64,000 nt of DNA from the human T2T-CHM13v2.0 reference genome, Homo sapiens, in the NCBI RefSeq assembly GCF_009914755.1, contig NC_060931.1; one strand, given 5' to 3'. The notes under the pieces were generated by a model. That model was given only the letters and a program-made list of their open reading frames with translations, ran no database searches and had not been told where the DNA came from. Below are positions 26,610 to 46,800 of the stretch, piece after piece. Both the position numbers and the translations under genes were made by a program. Position 1 is the stretch's first letter. Each line of letters opens with the position of its first letter.

Positions 26610-27092
26610 TGTCAGAGACTAATTTTCCTTGACAATCCATTATTCCTTCTCCCTGTGAAGTAACAGAATTGCCTCCTCTGACACATGAATTTTAGCAGGG
26701 TCATTTAGCTTGAAACTGCACTTCTGACTTTGTTGGTGGCTAGATTCGGCTGTTTCACTAGGTTGTAGATAATTGGATATGAACAGAAGTGATGTGTTAA
26801 ATTTGTCTGTAATATTCTTGAAATAATGTACTTGTTCACTGCTTCCTCTTTGCCCCACTTTGGTCAGGAATGTGTACCTACAGTCCATGTGATCTAGTGT
26901 AATACCCTAATTATTGGTGGAACTACAAAACAGATGAAACCTGGTCTCCAAACAAACTATGCTGCAGAGCTATTTATTCACACTAGATTACCTTCCTATT
27001 TCTGTACTGTATTGTAGGAGTCAGCTTTTGTGAGTCACTGTATTTGTGGGTCTTTTTGTTACATGGGCTCAGCCAATACCCAATATGAATAC
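26610..27092 (+). mobile_element. Old MLT1 (J/K-like) LTR
   Basis: GAACAGAAGTGATGTGT; terminal GTCACTGTATTTGTGGGTCTTTTTGTTACA...AATACA. Confidence 0.6.
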
Positions 27093-27239
27093 ACTAACTC
27101 TAATCTATCCATTTCAAAAAGAAAACTGATTGCCATAAACTATGCTTAGGTATCCATTCCATTATACAGTTGTTTTATGATCTCTACAGGTTAAAGTAGC
27201 CACTAGTTGGTATACACTTTGGAGACTGTAATAGAATAT

Positions 27240-27392
27240 ATAAAAAACTTAATTGTACTTATTTGCTTATAAACAAGCTAGACTGAAAACTGCTAGAGGG
27301 CAGGAAGAATATCTTAATCATATTTGTTTGCCTAATGCTTAACATGGTAGCTGACACATGGAAGGTACTCAAATTACACATATTGAATGAAT
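27240..27392 (+). mobile_element. L2 3' end
   Basis: GAGGGCAGGAA...GCTGACACATGGAAGGTACTCAAAT...TTGAATGAATG. Confidence 0.7.
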
Positions 27393-27730
27393 GCATATTT
27401 TTCCTTGTTGGTTCCAAACAGACATCAAGAACTTGCAGTTTATTGTGTTTTAATATTATTTTTATTATAATATGGTTAATTGAAACTATTCTCATATATA
27501 ATACCAAAAAAGCAATTTTTCTTTTTTATTATACTTTAAGTTTTCAGGTACATGTGCAGAATGTGCAGGTTTGCTACATAGGCATACATGTGCCATAGTG
27601 GTTTGCTGCGCCCATCAACCTGTCATCTACATTAAGTATTTCTCCTAATGCTATCCCTCCCCTAGCCCCACACCCCATGAAATCCCCAGTGTGTGATGTT
27701 CTCATCCATGTGTCCATGTGTTCTCATTGC

Positions 27731-31600
<3,870 letters not shown>

Positions 31601-31689
31601 TATGATGCTAGCTTGTTATTTTGCCTGTTAATTGATGCAGTTTCTTCATAGCATTGATGGTCTTTACAATTTGGTATGTTTTTGCAGTG

Positions 31690-33026
<1,337 letters not shown>

Positions 33027-35314
33027 CTTCGTGGATTTATCTACCTTTGGTCTTTGATGTTGGTGACCTTTGGATGGGGTCTGTGAGTGGATGTCCTTTA
33101 TTGTTGATGTTGCTACTATTCCTTTCTGTTTGCTAGTTTTCCTTCTAACATAAGGCTGCTGTTCTGCAGGTCTGCTGGATTTTGCTGGAGCTTTGCTCCA
33201 GACCCTGTTTGCCTGGGTATCACCGGTGGAGGCTGCAGAACAGCAAAGATTGCTGGATGTTCCTTACTCTGGAAGCTTCGTCCTAGAGGGGCACCCCCCC
33301 AGATGCCAGCCATAGCTCTCCTGTATGAGGTGTCTGTTGGCCCCTGCTGGGAGGTGTCTCCTAGTCAGGATACACGGGGGTCAGGGACCCACTTGAGGAA
33401 GCAGCCTGTCCCTTATCAGAGCTCGAACGCTGTGCTGGGAGATCTGCTACTCTCTTCAGAGCTGTCAGGCAGGGATGTGTAAGTCTGCTGAAGCTATGCC
33501 CACAGCTGCCCCTTCCCCCAGGTGCTCTGTCCCAGGGAAATGGGGGTTTTATCTATAAGTCCCTGACTGGGCTTCCTGCAATTTTTTTTTTTTTTCCAGA
33601 GATGCCCTGCCCAGAGAGGAGGAAATCTAGAGAGGCAGTCTGGCTGCCGCGGCCTTACGGAGCTGTGGTGGGCTCCACCCAGTTCAAACTTCCTGGTGGC
33701 TTTGTTTACACTGTGAGGGGAAAACCACCTACTCAAGCCTCAGCAATGGCAGACACCCCTCCCCACCATGTTGGAGCCTCCCAGTTCAACTTCAGACTGC
33801 TGTGCTAGTAGCGAAAATTTCAAGCCTGTGGATCTTAGCTTACTGGGCTCCGTGGGGGTGGGACCCACTGAGCCAGGTACTGGAGGGAATCTCTTGTTCT
33901 GTCAGTTGTGAAGACTGTGTGAAAAGTGCAGTATCTGGGCTAGAGTGCACTGTTCCTGCTAGTACAGTCTCTCATGGCTTCCCTTGGCCAGGAAAGGGAA
34001 ATCCCCCTACCCCTTGTGCTTCCAGGGTGATGCGATGCCCCACTCTGCTTCAGCTTGCCCTCCATGGGCTGCACCCACTGTCCAACCAGTCTCAATGAAA
34101 TGAACCTGGTACCTCAGTTGGAAATGCAGAAATCACTCGCCTTCTGTGCCAATCTTGCTGGGACCTGCAGACTGGAGCTGTTCCTATTTGGCCATCTTGC
34201 CAACAAGTCCAAAAAGGCAATTTTTCTATATAAACCTAGGAAAACATGACTCTTCCAAAGTAATCAAGATACTAAATCACCTGCTATTTAATTGGAGATC
34301 TTGTATAGTATATCAGATTTAGTACCTTCTTTGGTAAATTGAAGGCTGTTATTGCCACATTCTTCCTAAAGCAGAACTACCCTTCAATTTATTTTCAGTT
34401 AATTGGTTATAATTATTTTGTAATATTGTCTTCTTAAAATGAATTTTCCTTTCTAATTTCTGGTAGGAAGACTACTATGTGGTTGATGTATGAGAAAGGT
34501 AAATCATAGGAACTGATGATATCAACAATCAGAAAATATTGCTAGAAGACACTATTCAAAAAATCTGAGCATAAAAATAAAACTAGTTATTAAAAAACAA
34601 ATTATTTACCTGGAAAGAGAGGAGCAAATAAGAACAGTATTTTTTAGTGCAATTAGCAAAGTATGATTATGCATAGACCAGGCAGAAGTAAGATGAAATA
34701 TTCGGCATAGCAGCAAAGTTTTTGCATGACATGTAGAACACATTTAATCCTGGACAGTATATAAAGCAGAAATGCTTTGTAAAACTATATAATGAAGTGC
34801 AACTCTTAGCAGCTGCCCTTGTAAATCTCTAGAGAGGAGGCTGACTAAAGGCTAGGTTCAGTAGTTGTCCCTGTTCCAGTTGAATGATCTTTAAATTTGA
34901 TCCCTAAATCACAGTAGCACCTAGGAAAAAGTATGCATTTGACACAGATTTCTTTTCTGTAGGAGAGTCAAAAAGACAAAAACAAAAACAAACAACAACA
35001 ACAACAAAAAAAACAAAGGCTAAGAGAGATGCTGTATAAAAAAAGAGCTTGCTTATGTCATCTAAAATCTTATAAGCACCATGCATTTGTCTTCAAGAAT
35101 TAAACCCTTGGGGCCAAGTCTATGCAGGAGATGCCTAATATCAAGAAAACTAGCTATTGGAGTATACCAATAAATTCATAAATTAACATAAGAATTTAAG
35201 TGACTCCTGAGATTGGCCAGTGGAAAAGGTAATTACTGCCAGAAATTTATATGTTGAAAAGGGGATTAGGTGTTGAATTTGGTTCTTCCTTGTTCTCCAC
35301 TAACTCTTAGGCCC

Positions 35315-35433
35315 ATAGTGACCATACGTTCTGTTTTTTCACAGGACAGTCTTTATTTAACTGAGACTTGATTGTTAATTTTTATTCTCAAAATCATTTC
35401 AGTTTGGATAACGAGTTATATATGTTCATTCCC
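35315..35433 (-). mobile_element. MER94-like hAT MITE
   Basis: AGTGACCATACGT...GGACAGTC...CTCAAAA...GTTTGGATAACGAGTTATAT follows the recalled MER94 reverse complement. Confidence 0.6.
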
Positions 35434-35444
35434 TTGAAGACTAA

Positions 35445-36150
35445 GTCTCTTAATTCTATTTCCTAAACATCTCTTGAACCTGTCCACTTCTGCCAACTCC
35501 ATTCTCCTCACACTTTTATCTTTTACAAGGACTACTGCAGAAATCTTGTATCTTCTATTCTTGCTCCTCTCAAGTTCATTTTGCACAATACTGCAGGGAG
35601 TCTTTTAAAAACAGAATTATGATACTTCCCTTCTTAAAATCTTTCCCATGTTCTCCTTTGTGTCTAGGCGGATAAAGACCTGCATGATCTGGGCACCCCC
35701 CTGCCCCTCCAACCCCATCTTATGCCATCCTCTCTTTTCTCTTTTCTTTTCTAATTTCTTGACCATACTAGATTTCGTAGAGTCCTCTCAGCTATCTCAG
35801 AGCTTTCACATATGTTCTTTCTAGCACAGACTTCTTCTTCCTAACTTCTTTCTTCCAGTCTTATTCTTATTAATCTTTTTGATGTCAGTTTAAATGCCAC
35901 TTCTTTCAGAGACACCCTCATAGATTTTCAAAGACTAGGCAAGTCTGCTCCTACAATAATGACAATAATGCACAATTCTTCATAATACCCAGACAGAGAA
36001 TTTCAAAATGTAAATTTATATGCCCCACTAGGTTACAAGTTTCAGAAAAAAAGGGACTATATTTTATCTCGCTTGTCACTTGTTTGTCATTTTACCTTGT
36101 TGCCACCTTATCATACACTGAACGTTCAACAGCTTTTTGTTGAAATAATA
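35445..36150 (+). mobile_element. L2 fragment
   Basis: TCCTAAACATCTCTTGAACCTGTCCACTTC...GGACTACTGCAG...TCAGTTTAAATGCCACTTCTTTCAGAGA. Confidence 0.7.
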
Positions 36151-36774
36151 ACCAAAAAGAGAGTTACCATCTTAGGCATCTAAATATGATCAAATGTGCC
36201 TATGTAGCCCTGACTTTAAACACCATCTTTAAATACATGCTGCAAATATTTTATAATAAACATAATATTCTATTTTATTCTTCTTCATAATTGAACCCAC
36301 AGTGAATTAACTTTAGTCCAATAGGCATCAGATAAAGGTAAAGGATACATGCTTTTTTACACATCTAATTATTTCATTTTTATCTCAATTATGTTGACCT
36401 TATGCAATTGACATTTCATTCAAAAGTTATTCTTAATGTTTTCTCTTCTCTGCTTTCTATTCATTTGTAAGATGAGGAGAAATGTAATAAAATACTCAAG
36501 TATTTAAGCAAAAATTGATGTGTAAAGATGTTTACTCAGCTCAAATGGTTGGCTGAAAGGAAGTACTATGATACAATAGCTAGAAATATTTGTCAACTGA
36601 AGCATGAAAAGTTGAATTAAGTATGTGAAAATCAATGTGAGGATATTTGCTCTTACATACATTACACACTTTCTGATCAATACATGTTGTCGGAAAGTCA
36701 AACATGCATGATGGGAAAGCCAAACAGGAAATCTGAGGACTATTTGCAGTATAATTCAGTTAATATTTAGGATC

Positions 36775-37349
36775 TATCTCTGTTAGGGTGAATTCAGCTA
36801 CGATATAGAGACATCCAACTAACTGTGGCTTAATTAATGAAGATATTTAATTATCTTACATAACAAGAACTCTGAAGGTTGGTACTTCCAGAGTTTGGTA
36901 TAATGGTTCAAATATTTCATGAGAAACTAAATCTTTCTGTCTTGTTCTTTCATTCTAATATTTTTCTATAGGTTTTTACCTTATGGATGTAAGATGGCTG
37001 CTTCAGCTCCAATTATCAAATCCTCCCACAACCACACTCATGGAAAGAACTATGTAGCAGGGGAAAAACAACCTTCTCTTCTCGATCTTCTCTCTTTTTA
37101 TTCAGTAAATCAGTCTTTTTCAGAAGCCACTCAGATGATTTCCCATTATGTCTTATTGACCAGAGCTGGATCACATGTTCACTCCTGGATGTATTACTAA
37201 CAGAGGGGAATGAAATTTCCATGAATGCCTTAGAGCAATCATGATTTGTCTCCCAGGATGAAGGAACTCTTACCTTCCATGAGAACAAAGAATCTCATGT
37301 TACCACATGAGTTGGAGTCAGCTTGTGGGTAGGCAACACTATTTGCCAT
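36775..37349 (-). mobile_element. Old MLT1 (K/L-like) LTR
   Basis: ACATAACAAGAA; AAGATGGCTGCTTCAGCTCCA; ATTGACCAGAGCTGGATCACATG; GGGTAGGCAAC. Confidence 0.65.
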
Positions 37350-37431
37350 AGAAACCTGTCAGTCAGGATTGTATCAGATTCCTCTGATTTAGAAAAACAA
37401 AATAATAGTAGTGAATATAATTATATCATTA

Positions 37432-37714
37432 GGCTGGGAGTGGTGGCTCACATCTGTAATCCCAACACTTTGGGAGGCTGATGTGGGCAGATCGTTTGAG
37501 CCCAGGAGTTCAAGACCAGCCTGGGCAACATGGCAAGACCCCATCTCTACAAAAAATATATAAAAATTAGCCATGCATGGTGGTGTGTGCCTGTAGTCCC
37601 AGCTACTCAGGATGCTGAGGTGGGGAGTATGACTTGAACCCAGGAAGTGGAGGTTGCAGTGAGCTGAGATCACGCCACTGCACTCCAGCCTTGGTGGAGC
37701 CAGACTCTCTTTCA
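37432..37714 (+). mobile_element. AluJ with almost no A tail
   Basis: TTTGAGCCCAGGAGTTCAAG diagnostic; TSD ATAAT(T/A)ATATCATTA. Confidence 0.94.
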
Positions 37715-38769
37715 ATAATAATATCATTAAAAATCTTGCCTCTAAACATTCTAATAAAAAGGAGTTTCAGGGAAAACACAACTATTTCTAAAACAGGAAG
37801 GGATAAGTTGTAAACAACACCACATAAATTGTTAAAATATCAATTCCATTTTGGAAAATACAAATATCTGGGCAGTTTTAGAGACTCAAATAATATGATA
37901 CTTTAAAAAAAATCTGTATCCAGAGCCACTTACATCAATGCTTACAGCAAATACATACTAATTGGCTAAAGATTTTATTTAGCTCCATGGTTTTTATAAT
38001 CTCGTTATACTTAAGGGTGGACAAAAGACAAGCAAAAATATGGAGCAACCTTTCATACTCAAACTTTGGCTTCCACTCCACCTGCAATTATATTCTCAAC
38101 TTTATGGTGCATCAAACTCACTGACATAAAAGCCATCTCAAATCACTTCAAACTTTCTATTGCATCCTAGAGATATATTGGCTCTGAACCAAGTACCTAG
38201 GTACTAACTAGTCTAGTTTTAATTTAGAGCAGATGGACTGGGGTTCTCAAGGTTGCATTGAGAGGATCTACTTGGAGGACACCTCGTGGTCTCTGTAACA
38301 CAGCAGATGGTGAAAATATTTTAAGGCTATTTTCAAATGATGTTAGCAAAACTACATTTCCATCAATTGTCTTATATGGCTTTCATAAATATGATTTTTC
38401 TTCCAAATCAAGAATGACAATGATAGAGCTTAGCAGGGTTCTTTTGAGATGTCATTATCAACAATGACACACAGAGGATTTATATTCAAAGTTCAAAGAT
38501 GAACTGAAAGCAAGAAAACATTGTATCTCATGAGATAAATAGATATTGATAAATGATGTTATAATGCATATCCCGTTTTCCTGTATGAGAGGAAATAATT
38601 TCTATCTCCTGTTATAGTAGACTTTTCAACTGATGTTTCTTTTTGGAAGATAAGCAAAATATAATTCTTTTCGACCCCTAAAGAACTAACAATGTAGACA
38701 TACTGTAGATGTCCCATAAGTTATTCTTTCTTCTTTTTAATGTAAATTTTATTTTTAAAGGTAAAATAT

Positions 38770-39605
<836 letters not shown>

Positions 39606-42600
39606 AAATGGAAAAATACAGAGAAGCAAAATTAGATAATGGAAGTATCCATAATATATTTTGTAGCCTTGTTTTCATTATTATTTTCCGTGATTAATAA
39701 ATAATATATGTTGCAGAAAATAAATTTTAATGGTTACCTAGCATATATTTACATGGATGTACTGTATAGTACACTATAGTCTAATCAGTGCTAGATATTT
39801 ACGTTTCTTACTATTGTAAATAATTATCTATTAGCATCTTATGTGAACGTCATTGCATATAGTTTTTATTTTTTTCCCTTAGAATACATTTCTAAAAGTG
39901 AAATTGTTGGGACAAAATGTAGTATCAATTTTGAAGCTTTGAATTATACAGAATTTACCCCACAAGGAAGACTGCACCTACTTATACTCCAGCAGCAATG
40001 TATGAAGATGTATTCTGATAAGACCTTATCTATAAGTTCCATTGTAAGACGGAGGATGGGAGAACATAAATCTATTCAACTTTACTTGCCCAAATAGACA
40101 GTTTAGAAAGCAATCAGCCTTTCATGTGAAGAGGCCCATGGAATAAAGGGGAAGAGTTACAACAGCACTCAATGCATGTCTCAGGCTATTTAAGTGTTCT
40201 CCACAGAGTTCTTAGTACAACTGAATACAAACCGATTCCATAGGTGGTTTTTTTTTAGGTGAATGGATACTGCCTAGGTTCTCATAGTGAGTTAGGAAGA
40301 AAAAATGGAAAGAATCAAATAAATCCCAGCTAGCTTTCATAACAGCTACTCCTCAGTTAACTGACCCTACACTCCAGGCTCAGGAATGAAAGGATTTCTT
40401 ATCTACCAAAGGTATATTTACACAAAAGGCACTGCTAAAATCCATTCTAAAGTTGGAATGTCTAGAAAGAGACTGAAAATCACAAAGTCTACTCTTGGCT
40501 CACAATACTTTCTCTAGGTTGTTGTATAAAAATAACATGGCATTTTCCTTAGTTACCTGACATTTATTTTAACTCATATGCAATGCAATAAAAGAGGCTA
40601 TCTAGCTAGGTCTGTGCTCCAACAACAGTATCTTGGTAATTGGAAGTCAATGAGAGCCAATTTTTATAATTTAACTACTATAAACCAAGGAAATACACCA
40701 ATAAACACATTTTTAAAAACTTATTGTATTTGTCATCAACTCAATGGGTACGTTAGCCCATGTGTATGTGTGAGTTTGCGTGCATATAAATGTGTGTATG
40801 TGCGTGTAGTCTGAATAAATCCAAGGGCCCCAAGTGGTCCAAGCTCAGTGAGGTTTTAAATTCATGGAATCACAGTTAATGCAGGAAGAAAATAATTAAA
40901 ATACTTCCATTCTTTACTCAATCTTTCATAGATAAATACATTTTTAATGCACAGCTAGTATCTTGAGAATTCTTTTCTCCCTACCCTAATTTTCTTTACA
41001 TAGCAGCTGTTCCCTAATTCATTTCTCCCAATCTCAATTCCCCATTGTCCAAAATTCAGCTTTTCTTCCTCTCTCACCCCCTCCTCATTTCTCAGCTGTT
41101 TATAATATAAAATCACTCAGTACCTCTAACATCTCAAATATTTCCTCTGCTTAAAATATTATCTGATTATGCATAACTAATGTGCATCCAAGTGCTGTCA
41201 TGGTAAGCACCTAGAATCTGGGGGAAGAAGGTGAATATTGTAACAATTCAAATATTCATTGTTTTAATTCTAATGATACTTTCATATTTTTCTGTGACAT
41301 ATTCATATACAGTTTAAGAGGAAACAGCTTCACAAGTGGTCGATAAGGTGTTCTATGTCAATATTAAAGGTTTCTGGTCTAATTGCTACACATGTATTCT
41401 CCAAGGGAAGAGGAACATTTAAACAAGGCCTTAAAAACAGAAAATTTGATTTTGTATTTGAAGAGAAGACAAAAGAAGATAGTGCTTTCAGGCTCTAATA
41501 GATTTATTAGTTAGTGCCTTAAGTAGCTATGGCTATTTCTATTTTTTTCAAAAAGGAAACTTACCCTGGCAAGATAGAAATGGTTGAGGTACTCACATAT
41601 CTAGACATGAAACTAGAAAACCTGACTATCAATAGAATTCTCATAGATTCAAAAATTTCTAAATAGCCCTAAGAATTCCTCTAGTAACATAACTATAGAT
41701 ACTGACACTTTTTGACTATAAATTTACATTACTTTATTTCTAAAGTCATTATCTGTGTTGTACAGAACACAGAAATGTATGCTCGTTAAAAAAATGGTGC
41801 AATCCTCTGGGTAAAATAATTTCACAATGTATTATTGGTATATTATTGGTACCTAAGGCTTTAGTCTTCTCCTTTAAAAATAGTGAGGTACTAACATAAT
41901 TATGTTTTGGAAGGAGAAAAGAGTAAGAGATTGCCAGCACTAATGATTTATCAACAGAGTTCATTTTTTTGCAATTTAATGTTAGCTGTAGACTGAGATC
42001 TCAGACACTATTTCATTTCTCTCATAATTACTTAACCTATTTGACTGCTTCAAATGTTCACAGTGACCCTTCCTTAATGTTCATTTCTATTATATGAGGC
42101 ATCTGTTTAGATGCATACGCTGAATTAATGTTTTTATACATTCCAAATTTATATTGATATCATAAAAGACTCGGTATTAATGAAATTCATTTTTCGACAG
42201 TCCAAAATGAAATGTACAATCAATGACACAATGTTTCTCTAGGGAGCAATAAAACTAAATGTAGTTAAAGTATACTGGGCAGCTCACTGTGTTTTTGAAT
42301 AAGGGTCAATAAATTATATATATTCTCTGCATCCAACTGCTGGCCTCAGTAGCTGCTTAACGACCAGGTAAAATAAATAATTACTTAGTCCTACTCAGAC
42401 ATAATAATATCTGCTAGAAGCACCAAATTATTGGTTGTGAAGAAAAATGTTTTAAATAGTGTTTAAAGGCTTTCTTTTGGCTTTTAATTCAAACTAATAT
42501 ATCATCAAGTATGTACAGAATATCTTCTCTGTGCAATATGCCTCATTATACAGAAAAGATAGGAGTGCTCCTATCTTCAAAGCTCTTATATTCTAATGGG

Positions 42601-42689
42601 TGTGGAGAGTAAGGAGTTGATGCATATAGTGCAAAACGTCGCTATTACATAAGACAGGTACAAAGCACTCTAGAGTCATTTCTTTCACT

Positions 42690-43480
42690 CTTAATATCTA
42701 ACCCTTCAAAAGTCAAAAGTCCTTTTGATTTTCTCCTAAATCTCTCAAATCTGTCAACTGCTCTCTATCAGTTACCACACTGGTCCACGCTGTGTCATCT
42801 CCTATTTGGTCTCTAGAGTAGTCTCCTAATGATCATTCCCACATTCACTATCACTCCACTAAAATCCATTGTCCATAGCAGCCGAAGAAACTTTTCCAAA
42901 CTGCATCTGATCCTGTCCCCAGCCCATCCTCCCCAAAACACACAGTTCCTATATGGTTTCCCATTGTTCTTAGGATAGAAATCAAGGTCCTAAACCCGGC
43001 CGCACAGATATGACCCTGCCTACTCTATCACCCACCCAACCCCTGACTTACATGCCCAATTTGACAGTGTACACAAGGGCCTTCTCACAGTGCTCTTATG
43101 TATCAATCTCCTTCTAATCATTGGATGGGGCCACCAGCCTGGGACACTCTTACTCCTACCCTGTCTCTGCTTAAATTAACTAATGTCTATTTATCTCCAT
43201 CTCAGTTCAAAGGTCATTTCCTAAGAACCCATGGCACGCAAGAATTCAACCAGGTTCCTTTGTCACAAATTCTCCTAGGAGGGATTTTATTTGCTCACTT
43301 TGCAGTGTTTATTTATGCCTTCATATATTTAAATACTCAATTATTGTCTATCTCCCTTGCCAAAGTGTATGCTCCATAAAGCAAGAACAGTATTGGCTTT
43401 GGTTACCTATACATCATCACTAGCATATGCATTGCACATGGAAGTTTCTCAGTTAGTACTTGTTGAATAAATGAACAAAT
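42690..43480 (+). mobile_element. L2 fragment to its 3' end
   Basis: AGTAGTCTCCTAAT...TCTCAGTTCAAAGGTCA...TTGTTGAATAAATGAA. Confidence 0.7.
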
Positions 43481-43851
43481 AAGCTTGGGGAGGGAAACAC
43501 CAGTTGTAAATGTGGGGCTCAGTAATAAAAATAAAATTCTTGCTAGTCTATGTTAACTAACAATTATCTTGGATATGAACTGTTAAGAAAATAAACAAGC
43601 TAAGAGTGCAATTAACAAATATTCTCAAAATAGTCGTTTAGGGTGCTGTTTCTTCCTCTCCTGTCCCCAGTATCAAGAGGGGATAATATTCTTATGTAAC
43701 TCATATCAGAACTTTTTCCATATGGGATGACACTGGTTTATGAAAGGAAAAAATGGAGCTTTCAGACATAGACCCTTCATAAAAGCCACTTTAAAACACT
43801 GAAACAATTACATTTGATGCCTCAAAAGTAACACTATTTTAGCTGTTGGTC

Positions 43852-46800
43852 CTACTTTTTGGCTATTATGAATAACGTTGCTATGAACATTCATGTGTAA
43901 GTTTTCTGTTGACATACATTTTCATTTCTCTCTAGGAGTGGAATTACCGAGTCATAGGGTAACTTTCCTTGGTAAAATGACTATCCAAATGTTTGCTCAT
44001 TTGTTAATTGAGTTACATGTCTTTTTATTGTTGAGTTGTATGAAGTCTTTATATATTCTGAATACCACTCCATTACCAGATATATGATTTGCACATATTT
44101 TCTTCCATCACATGAGTTCCCTCTTTACCTTCTTGATAATGTTCTTTAAGGCACAATAGTTTTAATTTTGATGAAATCATGTATATCTATCTTTTCTTTA
44201 GTCACTTGTGCTTTTGGTGTGATATCTAAGAAAGCATTGCCTAATCCAAGGTCATAAAGATTTACACCTATGTTTCCATTTAAGTGTTTTAGAGTTTTAG
44301 CTCTTCCATTTAAGATTTATGATACATTTTTAGTTTATATTTGTACATGGCTGGAGGAAGGGATCTAACTTCATTCTCTGGCATGTGGATACACAGTTGT
44401 CCCAGAACCACTTGTTGAGAAGGTTATTCATTTCCCCATTGAATTATCTTGGCATTCTTGTCAAAAATCAATTGACCACATGTGTATGCATTTATTTCTG
44501 GACCCCAAATTCTGTTTAACTGTTCTATATGTCTGTCCTTTTGCCATTGCCACAGTGTTTAAATAAGTTATGAAATTGGAATTTATAAGCTCTGCTACTT
44601 TATTTTTACTTTTCAAGTTGGTTTTGGTTATTCAGGGACCCCTGAGATTCCATGTGTATCTTAGGATCAGTTTTTACAATTCTGCATAAAAGACTGTTGA
44701 GATTTTGATAGTGATTTTATTGAATCTGTAGATCCCTTGGGGGTTGGGGGGTATTGCCTCTTAACAATATAAGTCTTCTAATCCATGCTCACAGGCTGTC
44801 TTTCTAGTTATTTAGGTCTTCTTTTACTTTTTTTCAGCAATGTTTTGTTTTGTACATTTTGGTTAAATTTACTCAAGTATTTTTACCTGATGCTATTATA
44901 AATAAAATTGTTTTAATTTGCTTTTTCAATTGTTCATTGATTATATATAAAAATACAAATGATTTTTTGTATATTGATCTTCTGCTTGCTGAATTCACTT
45001 GTTATTTCTAATCATGTGTTTGTGTGTGTGTATTCCTCAGGATTTTCAAGATAAAAGTTCATGTAATCTGTTAATAGAGAGAGATTTACTTCTTTCTTTC
45101 CAACCTAGATGCTATTTATTTTTCATTTAGCTTAAATGCTCTTGCTGGGCTCTCCAGTATAATGTAAAATAGAAGTGGTATGAGCATACATATTTGTCTT
45201 GTTACTGATTTAAGGGGAAAACACTAGTTTTTCACCAATAAGTATGATGTTATTTTTTTTTTTTTTCATAGATGGGCTTTATTAGGTTGAGGGTATTCTC
45301 TTCTATTTCTACTTTGTTTACAGTTGGGACATTAGATGGTGTTAGATTTTGTGCAATGCTTTTTCTACATATATTGAAAATATTATCTTGTGTTTTGTTT
45401 TTTATTAATGTAGGGCATTCCATGGATTTGATTAATTTTCCTGTGTTAAACCAACCTTGTATTCTTGGGATAAATCCCACTTGGTCATGATGCTTTTTAT
45501 ATGTTGTGGGATTAAATTTGCTAGTATTTTCTGAGATGTTTTGTTCATATTCATAAGGGATATTTATCTGTAATTTTCTTTATTTTTTATGTATTTGTTG
45601 GGTTATTATACCAGAGTAATAGCCTCAGAAAATAACTTGGACAGTTTTGCCTCCTCTTCCATTTTTAAGAAGAATTTGTGAATGACTGGTGTTAATTCTT
45701 CTTTAAAAGCTTGGTGGAATTTATCTGTGGAAACATCTGGGCCTGCAATTCTCTTTTTGGGGAGTTTTGTGATTTTTAATAATTCAGTCTATTTACTCAT
45801 TAATAGTATTCATATTTTCTATGTTTTCTTGAGTGATTCTGGGAAGATATGTCTTTCTAGAAATGTGTCCATTTTATTTGATTATATAATTCATTAACAC
45901 ACTATTGTTCATTCCCTTATAATCTTTTTATATCTTTGAGTTTGGTAATGACACTCCCTTTTTAACTCTTGATTTTATTAATTTGAGTCTTCTTTCTTAG
46001 TCAGTTTACTTAAAAGTTAGCAAATTTGGTTAATCTTTTCAAAGAATCAATTTTTTGGTGTACTTGATCTCTATTGTTTTTCTATTATCCATTTTACTTA
46101 TTTGCACTCTAATGTTCATTAGTTCCTTTCTTATGATTGCTTTGAGTTCAATTTGTTCCTTTTTCTAGTTTTATAAGGTAGAAGATTAGGTTATTGATTT
46201 GAGTTCTATTTTATTTTCAAATATGTTTATAGCTACAGATTTCTCTCTATTCACCACTTTAGCTGAATCTCATGCATTTCAGTATGTTCTGTTTTCAATT
46301 TAACTGTTTTTGAAGGATTTTATAATTTCCTTTCTGATTTCTTTTTTGACTCACTAATTGTTTAGGTTTGTGTTGTTTAATTGCCATTGCATAGTTGTAG
46401 ATTTTCCAAATTTTCCTCTATTAATCATTTATAATTTTATTCCATTGTATTTAAGAAAATATGTTAAATGACTTCAGTTTTTCAATGTTTACTGATACTT
46501 GTTTTGTGGCCTAACTTCACAAAGAAGGTTCCATGTGCCCTGCAAAGAATGTGGATTCTAGTGCTATTTTCTGACATGTTTATAGATGTCTGTTAGGTTT
46601 ATTTGATTTATAATGATAGTGAGTCATTCTGTATCCTTGCTGATCTTCTACTAAGTTATGTCCATTTTTGAAAATGAATATTTGAGTCTCCAACTAATAC
46701 TGTTGAATTCTTATTCTGATTTTTGTTTATCTGAAATATCTTAATTTATCCTCTATTTTGAAAAGATAGTGTTGAATTTTTTAATTTAAATTTTGAATTC

